Assembly (NCBI RefSeq): GCF_001194135.2
Contig: NC_068985.1
Span: 53,733,896-53,767,643, forward strand
Direction: 5' to 3'
DNA length: 33,748 bases
DNA from: Octopus bimaculoides
Lineage: Eukaryota
A program made the translations under genes and the position numbers. A model generated the notes under the pieces. That model worked only from the letters and a program-made list of their open reading frames with translations, had not been told where the DNA came from and ran no database searches. The stretch's first letter is position 1, and each line of letters opens with the position of its first letter. Below are positions 19,830-30,485 of the stretch, piece by piece.

Positions 19830-20640
19830 GTTATGAAAGGTGATGAGCTGACAGAATCATTAGCATGCCAGGTGAAATGCTTAGTGGTATTTTATCCATC
19901 TTTACATTCTGGGTTCAAATTCCTCCATGGTTGACTTTGCCTTTCATCTTTTTGGGGTTGATAAATTAAGTACCAGTACTGGGGTCAATGTGATCGACTA
20001 CCACCCTCCCCTCAAATTTCAGGCCTTGTGCCTATCATAGAATTGTTAGCATGCTGGGCAAAATGCTTAGTGACATTTCGTCTGTCTTCATGCTCTGTGT
20101 TCAAATTCTACCGAGGTCAACTTTGCCTTTCACCGTACGGAGTTGATGAAATAAATACCAGTTGAGTACTGGGGTCGACTTACCCACTCCCCTGAAATTA
20201 TTATCATTATTATTATTGAGTGGCAAGTTGGCAGATTTAAGATGTTGGATAGAAATGTTTAGTGGCATTTCATTGGTCTTCACATTCTGAATTCAAATTC
20301 CATGAGGTCGACAATACCTTTAATCCTTTTGGCCTTGATAAAATAAGTACCAACTAACTGAGCAGTGAAATTGATGTTATTGACTTGCCTCTGTCACCAA
20401 AATTTCAGGCCTTATACCTATAACAGAGGAGGTCATTACTATTATTATTATTGGCAGTGACTTGGTAGAGTTGTTAGGTCATTTGATAGAATGTCTTGTG
20501 GTTAGTAATCTGTTCTGAGTCCCTGCACCCTAAGCTCAAGTTTCACTGAAGTCAGCTTTGTCTTTCATCTTTTAGAGTGGATAAAAAAAATACTGGTCTA
20601 AGATGGTGGATTGATGAAACTGTATGACTTTGGGACTAGA
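19830..20640 (+). mobile_element. Four tandem family A SINEs, strongly CpG-depleted
   Basis: Copies at about 19835-20040, 20040-20195, 20215-20430 and 20455-20640. Confidence 0.8.
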
Positions 20641-21024
20641 TGCTTTTTTGTATTTGTTCTATTTCTTTGTGTTTTGATTTCAAATCCCGTCCTGGCCTAT
20701 TTGGGCTGTATACTTAATTCACTGCCCAGTTTAACATTGATATTTGATACCCAAGGTGACTTTAGTAAAGCCCACTCTGTGACAAGCAGTCAGGCCAGGT
20801 TCCCTATTTGAGGATATCTTCTCCCACCACTTATGATGATCCAGTAAAGTATCATGGATGAGCATTACTTTCTCAACTGAATGACTTGAGTCTGTGATGA
20901 GCTTTAGGAGTCATAAGCCAGAAGTAATCATCTGAGCCTAGGCCTCAATGCTTGCTACAGAGTGGCTTCTACTAAGTGTACATAATGTCCAGATGGTAGT
21001 ATTAAACCATGGGATTTTCTAGGT

Positions 21025-21243
21025 TTAACTCTTTAACATTCAGATTATTCTATCATATATAATGCTCTTTCATTCATGTTGCTCTTAATTAATCATGCAT
21101 TATCTCATAGCTTTGATATTTTGATGATGTGATAGTATATTTTTAGAAGGGCATTGAAGGTTTGGTGTGATAGTCTGGTTAGAACATAAACCAAGTAGCA
21201 TATGTGGGTCAGATATGGCTGGTTTAAATGTTAAAAGGGTTAA
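21025..21243 (+). mobile_element. TTAA-flanked MITE (piggyBac-like non-autonomous element)
   Basis: TTAA at 21025-21028 and 21240-21243. Termini ctctttaacattc and aatgttaaaaggg are imperfect inverted repeats. The strand label is arbitrary. Confidence 0.7.
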
Positions 21244-21989
21244 TGCACAAGAATAGGAACAGTTATGCCTTCAGTGGAATTCCAAACATTTCTCTCACAA
21301 ATTTCACTCCTGAAGTTTATGGAAGAAGACCCAATGTGTCACAAAGTGAACTGAAGATCATGTAATTTCTTAAGCACATCACCAGACAATGACCCAGATT
21401 GTAAGTTCCATATATAACTGCAGGTCATAGTTCACTCTTTTAAGTTGGCAGGTCTTTATTGTTGATGTATGGTTTTGTTAAACCTGCAATGCTGAGTTCA
21501 AGTCCTACCATGGATTTAAAGATTACAGAGGGATGGATTTCAACAGATTTGTAGCCTTAAATCCATTACGACATAGAGATCATTTTCATTGCTGACCCAG
21601 TGACCCAATTAGTTATAATACATTCCTTAGACTCTACTCTGCTTTCTCTCACTCCCTCTCTTTCCTCCTGCTTTCCACCCTCACACCTTCCCTACTCTCT
21701 CTTGCTCTCTTTCAATATTTTACATCTGTTTTGTATTCCAGCATCGATAGGATATTTTACTACAAATTAAAAATTTTTTAAAGATTGTTTAAGCAATTAT
21801 TTTTTTTTTTACTGCAGAAGACCTTCACAAAACAGTGAAGTAGGAATAGATCTTATTCTAAGTCTGGCAAACTGTAGCTAGTATGTGTGTGTATATAATT
21901 ATATACATCTGTATCTGTGTGTGCATGCATGTGTATGTATGTGTGTATATTAATGTATGTATCAGTATTTGTGTGTGTTTATAAAGAAT

Positions 21990-22322
21990 AACGACCCCCT
22001 TTGGTCATGAATGACCATGGGATTGCACCTAGAAAGTTACCCTCTGAGGCACAAGTTCAGGCAAGGTTGTTTATCGAAGATTAGCAGTCACCCATGCATA
22101 CCAGCCTCCCTTCTCTATGCCCCTGACATTATCCAAGAGAAAGGCAAATGTTGATACAACTTGGCACCAGTGGCATCACATCTCATTTCTACAGCTGAGT
22201 GAACTGGAGCAACGTGAAATAAAGTATCTTGCTTAATAACTCAACACACTGCCTTGGCTGGGAATCAGACTCACTACCTCATGATTGTGTGCCTGACGTT
22301 CTAACCACTAAGCCATGAACCA
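21990..22322 (-). mobile_element. tRNA-derived SINE (family C-like, long form)
   Basis: Reverse head catggcttagtggttagaac...ctgattccc, with body tttatttcacgttgctccagttcactcagctg shared with the 27960-28090 copy. Confidence 0.7.
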
Positions 22323-22344
22323 TGAGCGTGTGTATATATGCTAT

Positions 22345-22472
22345 AAAATGGTTGGTATTAAGAAAAGCACTCAGCTGTAGAAATTATGCCAAAGCAGATA
22401 CAAGGGTATGATGCAGTCCTTGGATCTGGTCATACTGTCCAACCCATGTCAGCATTAAAATGATGATGATGA
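22345..22472 (+). mobile_element. SINE 3' fragment with (GAT)n tail (family D)
   Basis: Sequence ggttggtattaagaaaagcactcagctg...gtccaacccatgtcagc...gatgatgatg; a related inverted copy lies at 29380-29520. Confidence 0.5.
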
Positions 22473-22655
22473 AAATGTGTGTGTGTGTGTGTGTGTGAAT
22501 TGTAGGTATCTCTAGTAGATAGGTCTAATCATGTGGATATTGTAGACTGAACATGAAAGCGCTTAAAAGAGGATGATAATGTCTTGTATCATAATTTCTT
22601 CTTCGTAACCAAAATTTAAAACTGGGATATATTCTTTGTTGCTTTTATTTTCCAG

Positions 22656-22961
22656 CATCAAGTTCCAAAGTATTAGCACCATCTCATTTGAACACCAGTT
22701 ATTCTGGAACCAAAGTAACAACATTCCCATCAAATTACAGCATACAGTCATCAACACCTATGAATGGAATTCAACACAGCAAGAATTTGTACCAAACTAC
22801 TTCTATACATACAAATACAATCACACCTACTGTTTCTGCATCAACTCAAAACAGTTACCACCCAACAATTTCTCCAACAAGACAGACTCCTAAAATCTCT
22901 CCTGTGAAGACCCTTCCCCCATATAATCATTCAATGAATGCATCTGAAAGATCGATTTTCC
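22656..22961 (+). CDS. Coding exon B: Ser/Thr/Pro-rich, mucin-like stalk
   Basis: Acceptor gcttttattttccag| and donor C|gtaagt; 306 nt, phase 1-1, open in the frame set by exon A (T-SSSKVLAPSHLNTSYSGTKVTTF...YNHSMNASERSIF). N-glycosylation sequons NTS, NYS, NHS and NAS. Overlaps supplied ORF 22688..22981. Confidence 0.8.
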
Positions 22962-23289
22962 GTAAGTATTCACTTATTTAAAAATCTGTTCATATTTTTC
23001 TGTATATATCAGTTTAAATTCAATGTGAAATAATAAATATTTTTTCACTCAAGCATCAGGCTTCAAGTACATAGGATACAAGAAATATGATTGTGTGGCA
23101 TTTATGCCATTCCCAAAAATAGAATAACAAATTTACATTTGAAAATTGAAACCCAAGTTGTGAACCTGATTTCTCAGAAGTTTATCATCTCTCAAATAAA
23201 TTTGGTATAATTCAATAAAAACTAATGCTTTTCAGTAGAGGCAAGCGTTCTGTACAGGAAACATATTTGATACAATGAATATCAACAGT

Positions 23290-23905
23290 AATATCAGCAG
23301 TAAAGTTGAACATATTTAATATAGTGAACATCAATAATTAACAGTGAAAGTGTTGAAGCTTTTAATGTAGAATCGTCAGTTTGATATAAGATCAACTGTT
23401 AGAGGTGAACATATTTAATATTGTGAATGCCAGCAATTAACAGTAGAAGTGACATATTTACTATAGCAAAGCATCAACAAATCAACAGTTGAAGTGAACA
23501 TGCTTAATACAGGTCACATCAATAGCTACAAGTTAAAGAACTGGAATGTTCAATATAGAATGTCAATAGCTAAAAAGAGGGCAGCATATTTAATACAGTG
23601 AACATAACAATAAACTGTAGATAGGAACATATGTAACATAGTGGACATCAACAATAGAGGTAAACATGTTTAATACAGTGAGCATTTGCAGCAGAGGTGA
23701 ACATATTTAATATAATGAACATCAATAATCAACAAATGAGGTGATATATTTAATATAGTGAACATCGACAATTAACAATAGAGGTGAGTATATATGACAT
23801 TGTGGACATCAATAATTTACAGTAGTAGTGAAGATATTTAATATAGCGAACATCAACAATTAAAAGGATAGGTGAACCTGTTTAATACAACAAACATCAA
23901 CACCA
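23290..23905. repeat. Degenerate minisatellite, unit about 44 bp (gaggtgaacatatttaatatagtgaacatcaataattaacagta)
   Basis: Recurrent gaggtgaacatatttaatatagtgaacatcaa core, roughly a dozen or more diverged units. Confidence 0.8.
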
Positions 23906-24177
23906 ATTAAGAGAGGATAATATTGGCTTAATGATTAATATTATTTTATCCAATTTTACAAGTGTGAGTTGTTTTCTCTACCTCTTTTAATCAAAATTAG
24001 TTATTTAGATAATAGTTCATCACATCACTAAGAATATAATTTAATTAAAATTTCTTGATTTGTGACATCAAGAATGCTAGCATTCACTTTACTGAATATC
24101 TAATTTTTTACTGAATATTTTGTGAAAATATAATAATAAAGATTATTATCATTATTATTATTATTACATAACTAGTA

Positions 24178-24605
24178 AAGCAGTGAGCTGTCCAAATTGA
24201 TTGGACACTGGACAAAATGCTTAGTGGCATTTCTTATGGCTTTATGTTCTCAGTTCAAATTCCTGTGAGGGGTCAATAAATAAGTGCCTGTCAAGCACCA
24301 GGGTCAATGTAATCGACTAGCCCCTTCCCACCAAAATTTCAGGCCTGGTGCCTACAGTAAAAAGTATTATTACATAACTGGCTCAGGTGGTGAACTAGCA
24401 GAATCATTATAGCACTGGAAAAAAGCTGAGTGGCATTTCTTCCAGCTCCTTAGATTCAGAGTTTAAATACTGCCAAGATTAATTTTGCCTTTTATCATTT
24501 TGGGATGAATAAAATAAGTACCAGTCAAATACTGGGATTGATGTAATTGACTACCTCTCTTCTCAAAATTGTTGGCCTTGTTCGTGGCAAAATTAGAATT
24601 ATTAT
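24178..24605 (+). mobile_element. Two tandem family A SINEs, CpG-depleted
   Basis: Copies at about 24178-24365 and 24385-24605, preceded by (ATT)n at about 24140-24167. Confidence 0.8.
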
Positions 24606-25419
24606 ATAATTGGTAAATCAGCCTAATATACTTAAATTAACTTTTCTTAAAAACGTTTAGATGTTACACAAAAACAATAGTTGTGTAAAATATAAAGATG
24701 ACACTAAAGTAGACAGGTAGCTAGATAGAGAGATGGAAAGAAAGAAAGAATAGCATTCTCATATTCCTAATTTATGTCTTCGTATATTTACATATTACCA
24801 ACTATTAATTTATTCAGTTGGGCCTTTTATCTCCCAAAATACCACTTAAATATAAAGTTGACGTATTTACTGTTTAAACAATTGTTTGTTAAAATTAAAG
24901 AAATTAAATCTAAAGCCTTTACAACTGAGATAAGAAAATGGAAGAAATCTACAGTTGGGTCCTTTAACAATTCCCTGATTGAATAAGTCAAATATTAGGT
25001 GATGGTTTCTCCGTTGAATCTTGAAGTGTTTCCCCATCAATGACAGAATCAAAACAAAGGTATGTGAAGTATGAAATGTACATAGTTGTTAGGACTGAGA
25101 CGCCTACAAACTTTTAAAAAGCTGACAAATAGTGTATTGTCAGACAGTTTGCTGTAGAGTTGTAAATATATTGATAGGACAACAAAGAAAATAACTTTCC
25201 TCACTGTGAATTCTGTTTTATGTTTGCTTTCTACAAGGAAAATAATAATAATGAAATAAAGGAAATATGATTAGATTTCAATATAGGAAATAGCATTAGG
25301 TTATTTATTTTAGGAAGAAAATTCTGACAAAATGTATTTAGAATTACTTTAGTCATGTCTTCAAAATATACACCCACATACTCTTGCAAAGGCTATTCAG
25401 AAAAATACATTCATGCTTC

Positions 25420-25780
25420 ACACACACATTACAATGAATGAAACAAATACACACAAACACACACATTGCAATGAATGAGGCAAATACACTCACCCATCAC
25501 ATACAGATATTGCATATAGTCATACATCACACATCACGTACACATATTGCACATATTCATACAGCACACATCATATACATTATATTATGTATACTAGTAT
25601 ATCACACAATCACACACACATTGTGTGAAATAAATGCATGCACATGTCACACTTGCTCTGTGTACACTCCCACGTCACACAAAACACACATGTTCAATGA
25701 ATGAGCCAAATGTACACACAAACTCCTACACATCACACAAACACATTGCTATGAATGTAACAAATACACTCATACATTAT

Positions 25781-25830
<50 letters not shown>

Positions 25831-25855
25831 TACAATGAATAAAATAAATACAAAA
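25420..25855. repeat. CA-rich degenerate repeat with recurring core cattgcaatgaatgaaacaaatacac, plus (CA)n at 25783-25826
   Basis: At least five diverged cores embedded in CA-rich sequence. Confidence 0.65.
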
Positions 25856-26129
25856 ACTGTGCAAATTTGGTGCAAATTTAACTGGATGAAAAGTACAGGC
25901 ATCCTTCTGCCTTATGGAAGCATTGTATTCCAGAAATTCTTGCAGTAACATTAAGTACCATAACTTGGAATTCCATGATGTGAAATCTAGTTCCCATTGA
26001 ATATGGAATCAGTGGCAAAATATGTTTTGCGTCACAGAATTCTACATTATGGTAAGATTTTCAAGAATGCAACATTTTGTAATGCAGAGGATGCTTGCAG
26101 AGAGTACTATGTAATTTTACTTCCTCCTA

Positions 26130-26330
26130 CAGTTTATATAATTGTGGTGAATAGAGTCACACAAGGCCTTGTTCTTGGTTCCCTTCTGTTCTTGTTGTTG
26201 TTGAATATAGATGAATGTACGCACTCAGCTGCATTCAGTAACTGAGCAAATGACACTAAAGTGATGATAAAGATTATAACAGATGGCAGTGTCTGAATAA
26301 TCTAATGAGGACTAGGAGATTTATACAATT
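26130..26330 (+). mobile_element. CR1/L2-type reverse transcriptase fragment
   Basis: VNRVTQGLVLGSLLFLLLLNIDECTHSAAFSN*ANDTKV resembles SGVPQGSVLGPLLF..INDL...FADDTK. Confidence 0.6.
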
Positions 26331-26572
26331 GTTTTTCATCTTCTACTTGTTTCAATCATTGGATTGTGGCCATGCTAAGGCGCTGCCTTGAAATGTTATT
26401 TTAGTTCAATGAATCTTCCCCAGCCATGCCCATGGTTGTGAATGAATATACAAGGTGTTTGGATCAAATTTGGCAGATTTCATAAGAGGAAAATGCAATA
26501 TCCCATCCAAAAATAAAAGCATTTAAAAAAATTTAAAAAACATCTATTAAATTATGGCTAGGAGATAACAAT

Positions 26573-27020
26573 TTACTTAAAGTAGTTGCCTTCAGCTTCC
26601 GCCATGGCCTCAAGATGGCTCCGGAATCTGGTACATGCATTCCTCACTGTGTACCTGCGACGATCTTTGAACACCTCTTTGATCTTGGCCACTAGCTCGG
26701 TTTTGGTATTGCTGACAGAGAGGTTGGTATCTTTCTCAACACCACCCCACACATTGTAATCTATATGATTATGATCGGGGAAATTAGGAGGCTAGATATT
26801 GGGGCTGGCGAAGTCATAGAAATTCTCTGACAACCACTTATGGCACTTTCTGGAGGTATGGGAAGGAGCCAAATCCTGCTGCCACACACATATGGCCTTC
26901 CAACAGTAACCTTCTCCAGCCAGGGTTTGCCTACAGTCTGCAGCAACTTCACATAGCTGTCTGAACTGAGCCTAAGGCCCTGCTCAAAGAGTTAGGGATG
27001 AACTCTGGCATGTGGATGCA
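26573..27020 (-). mobile_element. Tc1/mariner maT-family (DD37D) transposase pseudogene, C-terminal half
   Basis: FEQGLRLSSDSYVKLLQTVGKPWLEKVTVGRPYV/WQQDLAPSHTSRKCHKWLSENFYDFASPNI*PPNFPDHNHIDYNVWG...NACTRFRSHLEAMAEAEGNYFK*. There are 37 residues between the QQD aspartate (26875) and the third aspartate (26761), one frameshift, and one TGG-to-TAG stop at 26794-26792. Confidence 0.85.
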
Positions 27021-27235
27021 GTCAGAATGCCTGTTGTGTCCTTTCCTACTGTGACCTTGCTGAAACACTGCCTTGAAGTATTTTTTTTCAAACAAATCTA
27101 CCCTAGTATTTATTTATTTTAAAAAATTTCTTACGTGTTCTATTGGTCTCTTTTGTTAAACTGCTAGGCTATGGGACTGTAAACAAAACAACCCCAATTG
27201 TTAAGCAGTGTGTGTGGGGGGTGGGGGGGACACAG

Positions 27236-27287
<52 letters not shown>

Positions 27288-27299
27288 ACACACACACTA

Positions 27300-27450
27300 G
27301 GTTTCCACACAGTTTCTGTCCACTGTATTCACTTACAAAGCATTTGTCATCTCAGGGTTTTAATAGAAGACATTTGCTCAAGGTGCAGTACATTAGGATT
27401 GAAATCAAATCCATGTGGTTGCAAAGTGTGCTTCTAAACCACACAGCCAA
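27300..27450 (-). mobile_element. Family B SINE 5' part (minus strand)
   Basis: Reverse complement gives tggctgtgtggtttag...gcaccttgagcaaatgtcttctatt...gacagaaactgtgtggaaac. Confidence 0.65.
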
Positions 27451-27578
27451 GTCTGCACCAGGTGCAAAAATGCTTGAAAATCTTGGTAGATAAAAGAGGT
27501 ATAGCGAATACTATCTAATCCTAACAATTCCTTCCTCAACATCTCATGTCTGGAACCTATAGAATAACAATTTAATAC

Positions 27579-27789
27579 TTACCCCTTTAATATTTAAACT
27601 GGCTATATCCAACCAAAATGTTTTAATTGTTTTTATGTTCAAACTGGCCAGCGCTAGCCTTTGCCACCTACCCTGCAATGTCATTCTAACAATGAAACAA
27701 TCACATCAATGAAATCTCAAAGCCGTGAGATTATGCATGATTAATTCAAAACAATCTGAATAAATAAGCATTACATTTGACAGAGTAAA
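27579..27789 (-). mobile_element. Second copy of the TTAA MITE, inverted relative to 21025-21243 and truncated at one end
   Basis: The reverse complement aligns with copy 1, e.g. aattaatcatgcat(t/a)atctca..gctttga.attt...gatgtgat and gatat(g/a)gc(t/c)(g/a)gtttaaat. Confidence 0.75.
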
Positions 27790-27894
27790 AAAAAATTATA
27801 ACTGAAATTTCATGAAACTTTCCAAGGACTAATTTCTGGTCACTGCATTTCCAGTGACAAGAGGGGTCTGTACACATAGCCTATGAAAGTGTGG

Positions 27895-28090
27895 TGTTGC
27901 AACATCACTGGTGCCTAGCTGTATCGGCCTTTGCCTTCCCCTTGGATATGGGACACCAGACTGTTCCAGGTATTGCTGGAATTTATTTACAGCTGGATGG
28001 ACTGAAGCAACATGAAATGAAATGTTTTTGCTAAAGAATATGGACCAATTGAAACCACAACCTTATGATTGTAAGTGCAACACCCAAACC
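27895..28090 (-). mobile_element. Degraded, rearranged family C SINE fragments
   Basis: tttacagctggatggactgaagcaacatgaaatgaaatg...gtgcaacacccaaaccac resembles 22190-22320. Confidence 0.5.
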
Positions 28091-28299
28091 ACCAGACTGC
28101 ACACCTACACAGTCATTAATAGAAGTACCTGTAAAATATGGGGGGCTATTTTGTAAATGTACTCTTGACCTACAAATTTTGGGATTGTTTATCAATATGT
28201 ATTTGTGTAAGAATGTATGCCTATGTTTGTGTGTATCTCTGTATATGTGTGCAAATAAGTATATAATGTGTATTTACATTCATATCTTCCTTCTTTAAG

Positions 28300-28422
28300 A
28301 TAAAGTATGTACACTAAACAAACCACAGTTTCAGTGTATCAAAGATGGCGTCTGTATAGATATTGAGTACAGATGTGATGAAGTTGTACAGTGTGATGAT
28401 TTCAGTGATGAAATTAACTGTG
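28300..28422 (+). CDS. Coding exon C: LDL-receptor class A (LDLa) repeat
   Basis: Acceptor catatcttccttctttaag| and donor G|gtaagt; 123 nt, phase 1-1. Translates to (H)KVCTLNKPQFQCIKDGVCIDIEYRCDEVVQCDDFSDEINC: six Cys with the F-x-C and acidic CD..x..CDDxSDE..C calcium-cage motifs of LDLa. Confidence 0.93.
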
Positions 28423-28525
28423 GTAAGTCTTCACTACCACACACACATATATCCCCTTAGTTCATAGATGATGCATAGTATACCTAGTAGATTTTTACCT
28501 ATATCAGATGTTTACATATATTTTG

Positions 28526-28572
<47 letters not shown>

Positions 28573-28751
28573 NNNNNNNNNNNNNNNNNNNNNNNNNNNN
28601 NNNNNNNNNNNNNNNNNNNNNNNNNNNNNNNNNNNNNNNNNNNNNNNNNNNNNNNNNNNNNNNNNNNNNNNNNNNNNNNNNNNNNNNNNNNNNNNNNNNN
28701 NNNNNNNNNNNNNNNNNNNNNNNNNNNNNNNNNNNNNNNNNNNNNNNNNNN

Positions 28752-28798
<47 letters not shown>

Positions 28799-29379
28799 TT
28801 AAATCACATGCTTATTTATATTGATACATACATATATGTACATATATATACATACATATACATATATATACATATACATATATATATATGTATATATATC
28901 ACTTAATATTCCTCTCCTGTAATTGCTTTATGCTAAATAGTAGGTATACAACCCTACCACTTATCATTCCATGGTGTAGACAAACCATTTCACATATTAT
29001 ATTCCGTATTTCAACCACTTTGTTGAATAAAACTTCTACAGCTGCTATGTTTCACACACCCAACCTTGCTTCCAACTGCAGTTGTTAATACTGTCTTTGC
29101 ATTTACTTATTCATGATAAAGACATACTAGTTAATCTTCCTTCAGGCAGTTTTCAGTTGTGGTTCGTCTGGTAATACCAGTGTTTGTTTGTTTTTTTTTT
29201 AAGTTTCTGACAGGATGCAGAGATGTTGCAGATGAGAGTTATCAACTATCTCAGATTATCAGTTTTATACAGCAAATAATATATCTATCTCATTTCCTAC
29301 AAACAGCACTAGTCCCAGGAATACTGGTATTCAGGACAAACTGTATTTTGGCACCTTTGCATACCAATACCACCTCTAT

Positions 29380-29520
29380 CATCATCATCATTGTCTTTGT
29401 TTTAATGTCCACCTTTCCATAATTTCGTGGGTCAGGTGAGATTTGTTGAAGCAGTTTTTTTTCTATGACCAGATGCCTTTTCTGTCACCAACCTTCACCT
29501 TTTTCCAAGCAAGGTTATAA
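29380..29520 (-). mobile_element. Family D SINE fragment with (ATC)n tail (minus strand)
   Basis: Sequence atcatcatcatc...aatgtccacctttccat...ccagatgccttttctgtcaccaacc. Confidence 0.5.
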
Positions 29521-29686
29521 TTTCCCACCTGCTCCAGAACTCCATACATGAACGAGACAACACCTGGACATGTTTCTATGGATGATTGCAGCCTTAATTT
29601 GCAAAAATTACCTTGTATGATGGCACCATTTGTTTACAATAAGTGTGCAATCTTCAGACATGGAAACCCAAATGCACACACACTCA

Positions 29687-29816
<130 letters not shown>

Positions 29817-30437
29817 GAGCTGAGAGGTTTCTTTCAATTTCCATCTACCACATCCACTCACAAATCTGTGATTGGCTGGAAGCCTGGAACCATAACAGAA
29901 GATACTTACCCAAGGAATCACACACTGGGAGTGAGCCCAAAACCACATGTATAATTTAATTATACTTTAACAAAAAATGGTGTCAAGAAGTTCAGCTGGT
30001 TGTAAAATATTGCTTCAAAAAGTTCCAATCCAACCCATAACAGCAAGGAAAGACAGACACAAAAATAACTAATACTTGGTTGCTTATATTTACCATTTAT
30101 GGATGTGCTGTCTTAAAAAGTGAATATGTGCTATTGAATAGGCTCAATAAGGTTGAGATGGATTTGGCATTTTTGTTTGCTAAACCTCAGATGAATTTTT
30201 ACCTCACTTTGATATCTATTGTATCCATAACACTGCATGTCCATGAGAGCTATACCACAGTAACTAGCCTATCAGCAGAGTATATACATTGAATATGATA
30301 CACAGATGGCACTGTTTTATACTTGATTTTTAACTGAGATGTGACTTATACATTAAGTATAACTAAAACTATGAAGGGAAAAAATTTTGTACCAAGATCT
30401 AATGCTAAATACCAGTGTAAATATATACATATATATA

Positions 30438-30481
<44 letters not shown>

Positions 30482-30485
30482 ACTT

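Noticed and set aside
23290-23905. Regularly spaced repeats that superficially resemble a CRISPR array
   Set aside because: Units are degenerate and contiguous, with no unique spacers and no cas genes, in a eukaryotic context.
24995-25045. Possible exon ending caaag|gtatgt
   Set aside because: All frames from the nearby AG acceptors hit stop codons.
29159-29422. 87-aa ORF containing GCRDVADESY, faintly like an LDLa tail
   Set aside because: It lacks the Cys framework, contains a T-run, and runs into a SINE tail.
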